Assembly (NCBI GenBank): GCA_051294375.1
Contig: JBJCIZ010000046.1
Coordinates: 1-64,000, forward strand
DNA from: Paraspadella gotoi
Taxonomy: Eukaryota; Animalia; Chaetognatha
Direction of reading: 5' to 3'
DNA length: 64,000 nt
The notes below the pieces were generated by a model, which saw nothing but the letters and a program-made list of their open reading frames with translations, ran no database searches and had not been told where the DNA came from. Shown in pieces: positions 14,244-26,800 of this stretch (within the stretch, counting starts at the first letter, position 1; every line of letters starts with the position of its first letter). Made by a program: the position numbers and the translations under genes.

Positions 14244-17200
14244 TTGCCTCCAGCATCATTTTCGTTGGCCGGCGTCTCCCTGGCAATCGTTCGTTGTCAT
14301 CCTCATTCTGATGATGCTCCGATTTCTGTAGTTTTTAAATAAAAAGTCCGTTTTTCTTCTGTCCTTTCTATTTAAATACAATACTGTATAGAATTTTGAT
14401 TCCTTTTATACTATTTATATAACCACAATTAACATTCCATGCCTAACAAAACTATTCCCTACGTCGCCGTCTTGGACGCCTCCTCAAGACCGCAAGAGCG
14501 CTACAAGCCGGCAGAAGCAGGCCAATCCGCAGCATCAGCCGATTGCCAACAACGTCCCGCGTCCACGACGCCTTCCCGCCGCTACACTTCGCACTACAAT
14601 CGCCCTTGCCCTACCGCCATACTTCTGACGTTGCAGCAGTCGTGATCCTTAAATCAAAGTCTCTCAACTACAGAGTTGTTCAGACTGTTTTCCGACTTTT
14701 ATAATTAAGATTTTAATTCTAAGTTTCAGTCAAAATTTTTTTTTTTTTTTTTTTTTTACTTTTCTTTAATTTATCCAGTAATGAATTTCAATCGTATCAG
14801 ATGGGACACGGGGGACCTCCGATCCTCATCGACTTTCGTCGTCGCCTACCTTGTGACTGTTCGACACGCGACGACCAAACGTACGCCTGATGTCGACCTG
14901 TGTCGTCGCCGATCTCCGCTCGCCGTCATGAACTCCAATGGTCACTTATATGCTAGCGTGTTTTCATGTCTGTTTTTCCAGTTGTATTTTATGTTGTGTA
15001 TGTTCCAATAATCATGTTTAGTTCAGCATGTTTATTATTGTTTTGTATGTTCCAAAACATTACACTATTTTACGTTAGCAATGTTTTATTTTTGTTTTAT
15101 TCATTCAAACTATAGTTGACTAGTCTAATCCATAAATGTCACCATCGTATCATGGCCCCAGCAAAAGTTTAGTGTATTTTACAAAAATATTAAAAGTTGC
15201 GTAGCGGGACAAAAAACAAACAACCAGATATATATCGAAACAAGCCAAACTCACGGATGGAAGATTGATGTATGCACAACTGATATAAATGAATGAACAA
15301 TGAATTAATGAGACAATCAAACAAATTTTAGATTTATAATTAACATTGTTTTCGAGGCCTCAACTCATACCGATTACGAGCGCGTCTTTTGTTTTCGCCG
15401 CACTCCGATCCTCGCTTTCCATCGTTGAAACATCACGACTGCTGCGACGCAGCGGGATCAGCTGCTTTTGATTGCCGGCAGAAATCATCCATTTGATTTT
15501 AATCTTACGTTTCCAAACAGCATCCTCAACTTTTCTTATGCTGTCGCCCAATTCATTTAAATTTTTTGAGACGAAAACGTACGTCACCCGCAAAAGATCT
15601 TTCAACTCGACGGATTCGCGCAGATTTAGTATTCAACTAAAATTGCCAAAGTAAGATGCTCAGGGTGACAGTTTAAATACATATCAATATTATGTCGCTG
15701 AAATGCGTTCTTCCCGTGATAACTCCTCGAGATCAAATGACTGGTGAGACTATTTTAGTAATCTTAGCTAACGATACTTTTGGTAAACCTGATTTAAGAT
15801 ATCTTAATGCCGTTTCGCGCGAAAATCTTAACCCAACATTCTCACCAATTTCTTAAGTTTTTTCTGAGTTTACTGTACGAATGCCAGGGACTCTTTCAGA
15901 TATAGTAAATATCGTTAATTTTCGCGCAATGTTGCAATAATTTTCGTCATTTTTTCCAAACCGGTCCTTTTAGAATTTATCTATGAAACCGTTTTTTTTA
16001 ACTAAAGAGGATGGAAATAAGAAGCGTCACGTCGGTAAAAAAGATCTCGAGAGGAGTCATTCCCGTGAACGGGGATTGTAAGCAGATTCATTTAACATAA
16101 AATTGGGCTAAAAAGATAAATTTTCTTTCTTAATTCTGAAAGGATTTTTATTAAATAAAAGAATTTCATTTGAGGAACTTAGCTTAATCGAACGGCAAAG
16201 TTTTCAGCCATATCGCCCACTAACGGGTCGCTGAGTAGCTACTCGTCACCGCGTGTCTTTCGGCTACCTTGAGTAAAGAATAAACCATTTTTGATAATTC
16301 CGACACAAAACCATGCCCTCTTTCAGAAACAAATCGGTCGCACACCCCGTAGCAGCCAACACCTTGTCAACAAGCAATGTTTGCCGTCGTCCTCGCCGAC
16401 GGGTGTCCCTTGCCTACTTAGAAAAAAACCAACAAACGGAATGTTCTGTTCCACGTTCCACTGCACAAAGAATGTAATAGGGCGCAGATCCGGACCCTCC
16501 ACTCAATGGTCCTTTATGGTCAATGTTCCAAGCACTGTAGGTCAACNNNNNNNNNNNNNNNNNNNNNNNNNNNNNNNNNNNNNNNNNNNNNNNNNNNNNN
16601 NNNNNNNNNNNNNNNNNNNNNNNNNNNNNNNNNNNNNNNNNNNNNNNNNNNNNNNNNNNNNNNNNNNNNNNNNNNNNNNNNNNNNNNNNNNNNNNNNNNN
16701 NNNNNNNNNNNNNNNNNNNNNNNNNNNNNNNGGTAATTTATCATTCACCCACCTTTGGAAATCTCATCTTAAACAGCACCCTCTTTAACAAACAAAAGAG
16801 AACTTGTTCTGCTCAGCTCAAGATTCCAGAAAAGCTTGTCCATCTGCTTTAGATAGTTTGACTTCCGGTCATCAGGCCGTTCACCTTGCAACAGACGAAT
16901 CATTGTAGAGATACCGTCATTTCTAGACTGCACTTCTTTAAGGTACTTGAATTTTCCATCAACCATCGGGCTCAGTTCGAGTTCCGCGACACAGCGCTGC
17001 AGTTCTTCCACTGAATCAAAGAGAGGTGGAGCGTCGGTATCCATCCCCTTTTGCTTTAAAGAATTTCTGTAATCACATTTTAATTCTTGAAAATGGTAAG
17101 CCATCAATTGACCTGTGACGATTAGAACATCAGCATCAACCATTCCATCAGAAGTTGACAGTAGCATGCATCACCAACTCAGGCCTTGTACATACAAATA

Positions 17201-18750
17201 AGGATTCTAACCTTGTCTTATATTGAAAAATTATCATTAAATTCATTTAACTTTGTTCCGCCCATTAAATAAATGAATAAGATCTGAATGGTTACTAGTT
17301 ATAGTGATAATTATTAATTAACTTATCCTCAACGGATTCTTCAAATAAATCTTTAACCATTTAAATTTTTTTAATTTATGATTAAAATCTCAAATTTTAT
17401 TTCGCGATTAGGATGTTTAGACCAAGAAATTATTTTCTTCATCCCAGCTAATCCCATTCTTTTTTTCATTCAATTTTTCAGGCAAACTGTTTGTAGTCAG
17501 CACCAGCAACATATTCATGATTGCGTGCAACATCGACTTCCGCGGAAAAAAATGTGAGTCTTCATACTTTTTTCGCCATACTCGCTTTGTCCCACACTTC
17601 TGTCTCCTGCACTAACCATCATTTCATCATTTTTAGTATGACAACGGAAATATTCTTCAAACAGTGTGATGATATATGATAAGTTTCCTTGTCAACTATG
17701 TCTAAATCCCCGGGCGACTCAATGCGACGATTCGAGTATCTCATCATCCGACATAGATTCTTGGATTTTAATTCTGCCTCAGGTAAGTCGCTGGCGGGTT
17801 TGAATCAGTGTTAACAATAACTAACAGTAAAAGGTTATCATTGAAATAGACATTAATAAGCGATGCAAAATAAGGTAAAGTTGTAAACTCCACCGCACGT
17901 ATATCTTTGTCTTAGTAATGAAGCCCCTACCATATTATCAGTGTTAAATATGTATCAAACTCCCATCAGCAATAACATCCTATTTGAGAGCAAGAACATT
18001 TGTGACTGCCGCCACTTCACATAAATAAGGTGGTTTATTGACAAAGGTGTCGCTAAGCAAACAGGCTCCAAAAATAAGCTAATTGGATGGTTTTTGTTTA
18101 TAATTCTTTTACATAAACTACAGCTGAAGCCGCTCACTGCATCTTTACTCCAGTCAACATAACACAAAAGTTTCTGATTCGTGTCTCTTGCTCACACACA
18201 TCCTAACAAAAACCAACCAACAGTTGCTGCGACAGTCTTCTTTTGATTTCTTGAAAAGCCTTTTCATGCTCGTCTTCCCATTTATTAGATGAATCTTTTC
18301 TTAACAATCTTAATAAAGGGAGCAAAATAAAACTTTAGAATTTCTTAACAACAAGCGAAAAAAAATTACAGAATCCTATAAATTTTGTTAAACTTCTAAC
18401 GAATCCGGTTCTAGGAAATTCTGTAAGTATCTGCAACTTTTTTTCTAGCTATACAAAACAACATCAGCTGTTTCCTTAAGCTGCTTAAATTGAAACCCCA
18501 TTAACTCAAAGGAGTCTGAGCATAAAAGATGAATTTTACTTGGCTGAATCATTAAGTTGTGCCTTGAGTAATTATACAATAATTTTCTTATCATATTTAA
18601 GTGCAAATAGTAAATAGCATCTTGATCGTTACTAGGCTTTTTATAAAAACTTTTTTCGTTTAATTTATAAGATGACAAGTCTCTTAATGTTTGCAAGAAT
18701 ACATCATCTATAAATGATTTCAACTAACATGGCTATCCACAATTATCCAC
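14244..18750 (-). mobile_element. pol: Gypsy family A partial copy (RT 3' part, RNase H, integrase, antisense gene 3' exons)
   Basis: SFIDDVFL at ~18710; CYVDWSKD RNase H at ~18150; homologous to 25670-31440 but lacks the 25794-27392 insertion. Confidence 0.85.
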
Positions 18751-18926
18751 NNNNNNNNNNNNNNNNNNNNNNNNNNNNNNNNNNNNNNNNNNNNNNNNNN
18801 NNNNNNNNNNNNNNNNNNNNNNNNNNNNNNNNNNNNNNNNNNNNNNNNNNGAGAATGTTCCATTGTATTTCCGATCCGATCCGTTGATCCAATTCGATTC
18901 TTGAGTCTTGATTCCTCTGTGATGCG

Positions 18927-18939
18927 TCCCCCCCTCCTC
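18927..18939 (-). promoter_or_regulatory. Polypurine tract of family B copy 1
   Basis: GAGGAGGGGGGA on the - strand, directly followed by cgcatcacagagg, similar to the LTR start tgtatcatcacagg of copy 2. Confidence 0.65.
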
Positions 18940-19501
18940 AGACGACAGCGCACGCGGTCAGTCGGTAGCTGGAGTTGTGACCGTGAGGGGAACGAAGATC
19001 CTGTTTTGGACTTTCTCCAAGCTCAGCCTCTCTGGCTGTTGTTGTATTGAAAAGGTTTCTTTTTGAGAGGTTTTTGAATTTGATTCTTTTCTTTGTAGGA
19101 GAGGGAGCGAGAGGGAGAGAGAAATTCTCTTTTTATTTTGAACAAGAGAGAAAGAGAGAGAGTGAGAGAGAGTGAGAGAGTTTCTCTTGAATAAAAATAC
19201 TCATTCCTCCTGGCTCCGTTTTATTGGCGTCCTTTCCCATTGTTTTCTTTTTTTTTGTTGGTCGTTTCGGTGAGGTCGGGGCTTCCGTGGGAGCTTTGTT
19301 TTTTTTTTTGGTTTTTTTGTCGAGTTTCTGTCTCGCGGCGTTTTCGTTGTCTTTTGTTTTCAAATTCCAATCGAGAAGATTACCTTATCTCGTTTTTTTT
19401 TTGTTCTATTTCTAATGTACGTCCTGGGTGAATAACTAATCCTACGTTTTATTTATTTATTTAATTCTAAGTTTTATTTACACTACTTTATGTCTCCTTT
19501 T

Positions 19502-21114
19502 CTATTCTGTTGGCCTTGTCTCATGCATTTTGAGGCGACGTCGATGATATCTGAGGTTTCGGCCAGCTATCGAGATGACGTAATGGTTGCCGTCATTCTC
19601 TACAACCTTATGAGGACCTGAATATATCCTTTTGACCTTGTTCTCGGTTGTTGCTGTTCCGGTCATGATCAGATCCCGTCTGGCCAGGACTAGATCGCCG
19701 ACCTTAATCTCTTCTGGTCGTCTGTAAGGGTTTCTTCTGGCCGATTGTTTGTATAGCTTTGTCCGCTGGTTCGCCAGCTGTGCTTGAGCTCTTTCTTGCT
19801 TGTCGGCCCTTTGTCTTATAAAGTCGATGAGATTCCTTTTAGTGAAGTCGTCGGCACTTTCCACTAATCTTGGCCTGTGGCCAAACTGGATTTCATGCGG
19901 TGACATGTCTGTCTTCCAGCCGATTATGGGGGTTGCATTTAGGAGTAGCATCAGGTGTGGCAGCTGTTCCAGCCATCTGTTTGGTTGATCGTCGACAGCT
20001 TTGCGTAGGGCTTGGCGGATTCGGCCTATGTCCCTCTCGGCCCTGTTGCTATCTTTCTGTCCTACAAGGACTCGCCTGCCTACTGTGTCAAGTAGATTTA
20101 ATATTGACTTCATTGCTGATCCGTTTAGTTGTGTTGCACCATCGAAATTTACTTCCATGTAGGCCCCATGTTGGAGAAAAATTTCTTTGTCGAGAGCTTT
20201 TACGATGGTCGTGGCATCTGCTCGACGTAGTGGGATTGCCCAGGTGTAGGCGAAAGCATTGTCTGATGCAACTAGAATGTAGATATGTCCAGCGACAGAG
20301 GAGAGATGCATGACATCGATGCTCAATGATTCCCAGGGTGCCATGGCCAGATTAGGAGCTGATGGGGTTTCATTGTGTCTTTGTGTGTCTGTTGCCTTAG
20401 CGCAATTATCACAGTTTCTGAGACATTTCACTGCGGCCGCTGATAGTCCGGGGGCTGAAACATATTGGGCAGTTATAAATGCCGTACGATCGTGGCCGGG
20501 ATGTCCAAAACGTTCGTGTAATTCTTTTGTGATAATTTCTGCTTTCTGGGCGGGTACGACGAATTTTTTTGTTGGTGTATTCGCCTTGAAACCTCTGATG
20601 ATGAGAATGTCGTTGTTTGTGACGTCGAGATCATCCAGACAATTTGACAAATATTTTTCAGTTTTTATTTTTTTCTTTTGCATTTTCTCGTTTAACTTTT
20701 GTTTGGGTTTTTTTCGCCGTCTCCTTCCTTGAGGGCGTCAATGACCAGTTTGAAGGAATTGTCCTCTGTTTGCCACTTTTTTATTTTGGTGGCGAGTGGG
20801 ACGAGGTTTGATTGCCTTTCTTGTGGTTGGGTAATTTCCATGGCAACCTCGGCTTCCGTGGTGTCGATGTCCGCCTCAAGGGTGCTGTCTGTCATGAGTT
20901 CATGATCGGTGCCTGTTTTTATCGCTTCTATTGTGTCAGAAACTTGAACGGGTGAAGTTGTGGGAGCTTCGACGTCTTTCGTGTCTAGCTGGATGTTTAC
21001 GAAATCCTGTGGGAGCGCGTCGATATGTCGGGTGTCTACCTTGGCGGTTCTGGGTCGTCCCCTGCGTTCGGGTTGTTTGAGCATATCAACTTTGATGGTT
21101 TGGATTGGCCCCAA
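19502..21114 (-). CDS. pol: Gypsy integrase (HHCC, DDE core, GPY/F-like tail), one frameshift near 20690
   Basis: HERFGHPG...CDNC; SIDVM, NFDGA, RAERDI; PHEIQFG; YSGPHKV. Confidence 0.9.
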
Positions 21115-21547
21115 GCTGATGGGTCGTAAGGGCGTTGACTGGTTTACGTCATTGACAAGGCTAACTTGTCTGGTAATGGTTCTGAAGATTTTCAGTGTTC
21201 TCTCGTATGTCGGGAGGCCATATACCCTTTCGAATTTGCAGCCTGTCTCCTTGGTCGAGCGTCCATCATGATTATGGTAATTTGAATCATTTCACTGAGG
21301 ATTTCCAGTTCGGGGTGGCCGAGACTCCAATCTTTGGTGGAAATTGTCCTGATGAAGGCATCAGCATCCTTGGTCTTGGGCTTGCCGTACAATTTTTCAA
21401 TGTTGGCTTTTTTTGTAAGAATTTTTGTCTTACGAATTCAAAAAATTTTGCCCTGAAGGATTTCGTGTCCTCGTTTAGTTCTTTGCTACTAATGCTAGTG
21501 TTGGGGCGTGTCCCGTGATGAGTTCTAGATGTTCTGGAGTTTCCTGG

Positions 21548-21995
21548 TCATAGAAGGGATTTTTCGGCGAAACCTGGTTCATACTCTCCTGTTACGTCGA
21601 ATCCCGCTGGGAAGAATGGAGTATCGAGGGGCGTCACTTGACCTTGATCAGTAAAACGGGTTAGAAAGTCAGCCGGGTTATCTTCGCTTTTAACGAGGAT
21701 AACCTCCTTGGGTTGGCATTCTTGTTTGATTTCCGTAATCACCTGAGTACGTTCGTGGGCAGTAGCTGTTGCCTGTCGTGTTGAAGATCCATCACCCTTT
21801 TGAAATATTGTGAAATCTGTGACGAGGGTGACGCTACGCCCACATGTGTAGCCCTTAAATTTTTGCACCATCATATTGAAGGCGAGTGTCTCCAGAATGT
21901 TGATATGTTTTATCCTGTATTCGTCTGGGAATGATTTTGAGTGGAAGGACAATGGATACTCGACGCCATCTGCGGTGGCGTGATTAAACCGCCCA
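21548..21995 (-). pseudogene. pol: Ty3/Gypsy RNase H domain (family B)
   Basis: YPLSFHSK...HINILETLA...LVTDF...SEDNPADFLTR. Confidence 0.85.
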
Positions 21996-21996
21996 T

Positions 21997-23830
21997 TAAG
22001 ATCGCCCTCTAATATAGTAAACGATTTATTAGGAAATCGTGCCTCGCAAAGAGTTCAATTTGAGGAAGAAGAAAAATTACATGAAGAAATATCTCTAGAC
22101 AAAACATTATTAGACTCCGCGCAAATGAGTTTAAAAGACCAATTTATGATGCTACAGAAAAGGGGGCTTGACGGAATTAGAAAAAAATTATTTCTCAAAA
22201 AAATCTGATTTATTTTTAACACCACCTTCGAAAATTAATTTTAAAGATCGTGATATTAATAATTCTGAACATGAAATAGAAAATAGAATAAGGAATTACA
22301 TTGCGATACGAAATGATAAAGCTGTAAACGGTTCTCAGTCACTAACATGCCCGTCTGGTCATTGTTTAGTTCCAACTGGAGGATGGATCCGAAAGCTGTT
22401 TGGATGTGTGATGTATGTGATGACCGTAACAGGGCATATACTATGCGGTATAATTGTTCATGTTGCGATTACGATGTTTGTTTTGAATGTTATAAGGCCA
22501 TTGAGTTTAGATGGCTAGCTTGGGAGCTCCTCTCGCTTTGATCGCTCATGTTCCGGTTTTCGTCGATGCGGAGGAATGCTTGTGGCTCATGCATCAGGAG
22601 ATCGTGCGGCGACGACAATTGGGGACGTGGGTGGGCGTGACCCAGAGGATCGCGAGGATGCAAGGGACAACGGCGGCGCGGCTGGGGCGGTGCAGGCGGC
22701 GCAGCTGGCGGCGACGATGATGACACGACGGCGAAATCGGTCTTGGATAAGGATGGTAAGAGATCGAGGTCACGGTCGTGATCAAAACCGTTCTCGTTCT
22801 TTCTCGCGAAAAAAATTACAGATCATTTCGTCTTAAAATGCTGGGGCAAATGAAAAAATATAATGGTCCTCCAGAAGATTTTCGTCAATGGTTCGATTTT
22901 TTAAAATTAGCGGCGGATTATTTAGAGCTAGAAGAAGCAGATAAACGGATTTTTTTTATTAAATAATATGGAACTCAAGGTCTAAAATCGGCAGTATTAG
23001 ATCAATTGCGTGAATACAATCATCTTTCATTTGAAGACGTCCGGCGTCAGGCTTGCCATTATGTTTGGAGCCAAGTCACGTGACTTGGTAGTGTCTGAAG
23101 TCGAAAACATTGAACGGCATGAGGGAGAAGCGATCGAGTCATTTGCTATTAGAGTCAGGGAAGCTCTGACGGCGCGGTACCTCGCTCATGCTGATGGTGA
23201 AAAAATGATAAGTCTTCATTGTTTGAGGAAGATAATTTGCTCTATTTTACAAGGGTTTAAGAAGTCAATTTTTACGAAAGTTGTTTATTAAAAAGGAGCA
23301 AAAACGGTCCGGGAAGCCATCATTGCCAATCCGTAAAGAATGGCGCAAGTTTCCAGGATTGAATGAGGCAGAGAGATGACATCGCATGGAACAAGGAGAA
23401 GGGCCAAATCAAGAACACACACACTGGGAAATTCTTTGTTAATTCCATTGCCAAAACACTTTGAGTCTGGAGAACTTTGATGATCAGGGTCATGCATTTG
23501 TCACATGAGGATGTGGTCAATCAGGTCAACTCGCGGCCGCTATCAATTTCAAAGAAACCCTGGAAGGGTATCTGGGGGGTGTGGTAATTGTGGTAAAACA
23601 TCTCATTTTAACAAAGATGATTGCCCTGCAAAGGGATGGTGTGTTGGGCTTGTAAAGGTGTTGGACACTTCGGAAAGTGGTGTCGAAAAGGAGTGACACC
23701 AGCACAAGTGGTAAGAAGTGAAAAAGTCTCGAGACAAAAGCTAAATGAGAGAAAAACGATCAATGCCATTAGTGATGGTGCAGTTCCGGTGGGATCATCT
23801 TCAGAAACGTCTGGATCCGAAACGATGTAA
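21997..23830 (+). pseudogene. gag: Gag with ZZ/C1-like zinc finger, capsid-like region and two zinc knuckles (frameshifted)
   Basis: CPSGH..WMCDVC..RYNCSCCDYDVCFECY (22347-22495); KYNGPPEDFRQWF; CGNCGKTSHFNKDDC and CWACKGVGHFGKWC (~23580-23685). Confidence 0.8.
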
Positions 23831-23836
23831 CTTTAG

Positions 23837-26800
23837 ATGAGAAGAAGTTCATTTAATAAAAGAAAAGATGGAAAATATAAAATAAAAAATAAAAATAAAA
23901 GAGTTAATGTAATACAAGAAGAGCAAGTGAATGCAGTTAGTAATTTACCATTTCTCCATGCTAATCTAATTGACCGGGATGGAAAAAGTTGTATGGCAAA
24001 AATTCTTGTTGATACCGGAGCTTCAGTGTCATTGGTGCATAAAGCCTTTTTAACCGTGGCAGATTGCTGTGCGATACCATTGATTATACTGCAGTGATTT
24101 CTGGCTTCGCAGGGCAGCCTGTGGCGACTAATCATAAAGTTTTATTAAAACTCGATTTGCCGGGATTGGGACAAACTAAAGATCTGGAATTTGTTCTATA
24201 TCATGGCAAGTTGGGATATGATGCAATTCTTGGTTTTGATTCGCAAAAAATACTAGATTTTAGTATAATATATAAACCAAAATTAAGTTTTATTTGTGGA
24301 AAAATTAAATTACCTGTTAAATCATATAATGATAATATTGAACAAAATAACTCTGAACAAGAGATACATTTGGTGCAACCTGCAGAGCCAATGATGAAAG
24401 TCAAGTTAATAATGCTTTAAATAATAATAAATCATTAACTGAAATTACTTAGTAAAAAATGATATATTTTTCCTACCAATTGGAATGTAGGAATTGCACA
24501 GTGGTATTATAAATTTAAATTATCAAAATCTTGGGTTCGAAAATGGGCTTAGATTGCAAAATAATGAAATAAATTTTGTACCTAAAAACTTGAGATCAGA
24601 ACAACTAAAAGCTATTCTTCATTTAAAATTTATTGGTAACAAAAATAATCGTTTATCAATACCACTTGGGGCAAATCTTGGGAATTGACACCGGGAAGTG
24701 AAGAAGTGGTCTCGAAATTCATGTGAATATGTGGATGGTCTTGAGGTTCGCGAGAAACTTGAAGCCGAGCTGACACTGTGTATGTTTTTGCTAAAAAAAC
24801 TATAGTGACGTCTCAGCAGTTGAACGAAGTGAAAGCGGCGCAGGAGAGAAGAAAAAATTGTGGACCCGTGATGAATTTGTGGACAAAACACAGTCCTGGC
24901 TAGCAAAAGTGCCGGAGAGGTTCCGTGACGACATTTTGGACATTATGATGGAATTTTCGAGGTATTTTTGCACGATATGGACGACCTTAAAGAGGGTGTT
25001 TTGGGATGGGAACTGGCTGCAAAGTTTCCGGGTGACTTGCACTGGGCTTCCAAGTACAAAGGCAGCAGTCCAACTGTCAGATTGTTGTGCAAGCGGAGCC
25101 AAGAAATCTTGGTGAGATGCGGAATCTTTGAACCTGCGGACAAGCCGGTCTTCGTACATCCATTCACAGTGGTTCCCAAGAAAGCAAAACTTTTCCCTGC
25201 AACCATTGAAGCCGCACAAGAAATGAGCGAACCTGTTTTCCTTGGAGCTGTCCGACCAATCACTGACTGCAGCTATCTAAATCGTTATACCAAAGATAGC
25301 ATGGCCTCTGTTGTTCCTGTTCTCACGAATATGTCTCTAAACTTAAATGTGATGCTTTGAGATCATTTGTAGATTTAACATCTCTTTTCATCAAATTAAT
25401 GTTTCAGCAGAAATTGATTCACATGGCTTTTGCCTAGGGATTTATTTGGCATGCATTCTTACCTAACTGGGTATCAATTTCTTCGGGCTTGCAAGGTCCT
25501 AATGGGTTTAGCAAATGGAAGTTTGTGTGGCAGGAGAGTATTTAAATCTATAGCTGATAAAGTAGGGGCTGTCCCTGTCAGCTGTTCTTTTGAAGATTCA
25601 AGAAAGCTATTCCTAGGGTTGATGCTGGTAAGTTTGTAGCTGAATTTAAAGACATAGGAGAGGATGTAGTTGAATCATTTATAGATGATGTATTCTTGCA
25701 AACATTAAGAGATTGTCATCTTATAAATTAAAAGAAAAAAGTTTTTATAAAAAGCCTAGTAAGATCAAGATGCTATTTACTATTTGCACTTAAGGCCTGC
25801 GATCATTCAAACAAGAATTGCATAAAGTTTTTTTACAATCTGTTATTTATACCAAAGGAAGTGTATTCCCTTCACGTTTCAAAAAAAAAAACTCTAAATT
25901 TGATTAAGGTTCAACTTCAAGAGGCAACTAAAAATCGGGCAATTTTTTTTATCAGTAAACCTTTTAAATTTCATCCAACACGGTAAAGTCATTTTAAACG
26001 CAAAATTTTTTTATTTTTTTTTAATTAACAGCACCTACCTCAGTGTAATACTAACAACTAAAACCAAGTCATTCCAATTATGTTATAGAAATCAATTAAT
26101 GATGAAAACATAAACGTTTATGTAGAGAGAGAGCAAAACGCTATATTAAGGTGTCTATTATCATTTTATTACAAAAAAGAATGATTAAAATTGTAAAATT
26201 TAAAGACATTCATCCACTGGCATCTGAAGTAGGGTCCACTTTGATAACAACCCTCAATGGTGCCATAGATGCCACAGATTCCACAGACGGACCAGCCTCA
26301 TGCTCTGCTTTTGAAATTTAGTTTCTGTTCCCCAGGTTCAAAACTGGTTCAAAACAAGACTGAGAAAAAAATAAATAAACACTTTGCAGCATTTCCTCCT
26401 GTTTACTGACTGCTTTTCCCCAGCCACAGCCATTTGTTAATAAAAAAAAATTGGACAAAATTTGGAATAAAACTTTAAAGATCGGTAAAGCAATCATTTA
26501 AACTGGAAATGAAAATAGATTTTGGAAAAGCGTATCGATTTTAAAGTTCTTTGCTCGAACTTTCAGTTTTTGTAAAATCTACAGAAAAAAAAATTAAAAA
26601 ATAAAATAAATAAACAAAAAGAATTGGAGCTAAAACTGTTTGAAATAAAAATAAATCTAAAATATATTTTTATAAGTATGGAAAGGTGGAAAAAATTCTA
26701 TGAGAGGGATTTCGAAAAATGTTACTAGTTTTCAAGATATTTAGAATTTAATGCCAAAATTTTCTTATTCTTTTTTTTTCTTATGAAGATAAGTGAATTT

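Larger units (their letters stand above)
18851..21995 (-). mobile_element. Gypsy family B copy 1, 3' part (RNase H, integrase, PPT, start of 3' LTR)
   Basis: RNase H and integrase ORFs closely similar to 39283-41420; PPT followed by sequence resembling the LTR start at 46378; truncated at the junction with family A. Confidence 0.85.

Noticed and set aside
12090-16330. Tandem duplication of family A as a real biological event
   Set aside because: Both units are full of single-base indels typical of unpolished long reads and meet at an N gap, so an assembly overlap is at least as likely.
23820-23845. Programmed readthrough or frameshift at the gag-pol junction (TAA CTT TAG)
   Set aside because: Only one copy, in a region with many indels; it cannot be separated from decay or sequencing error.
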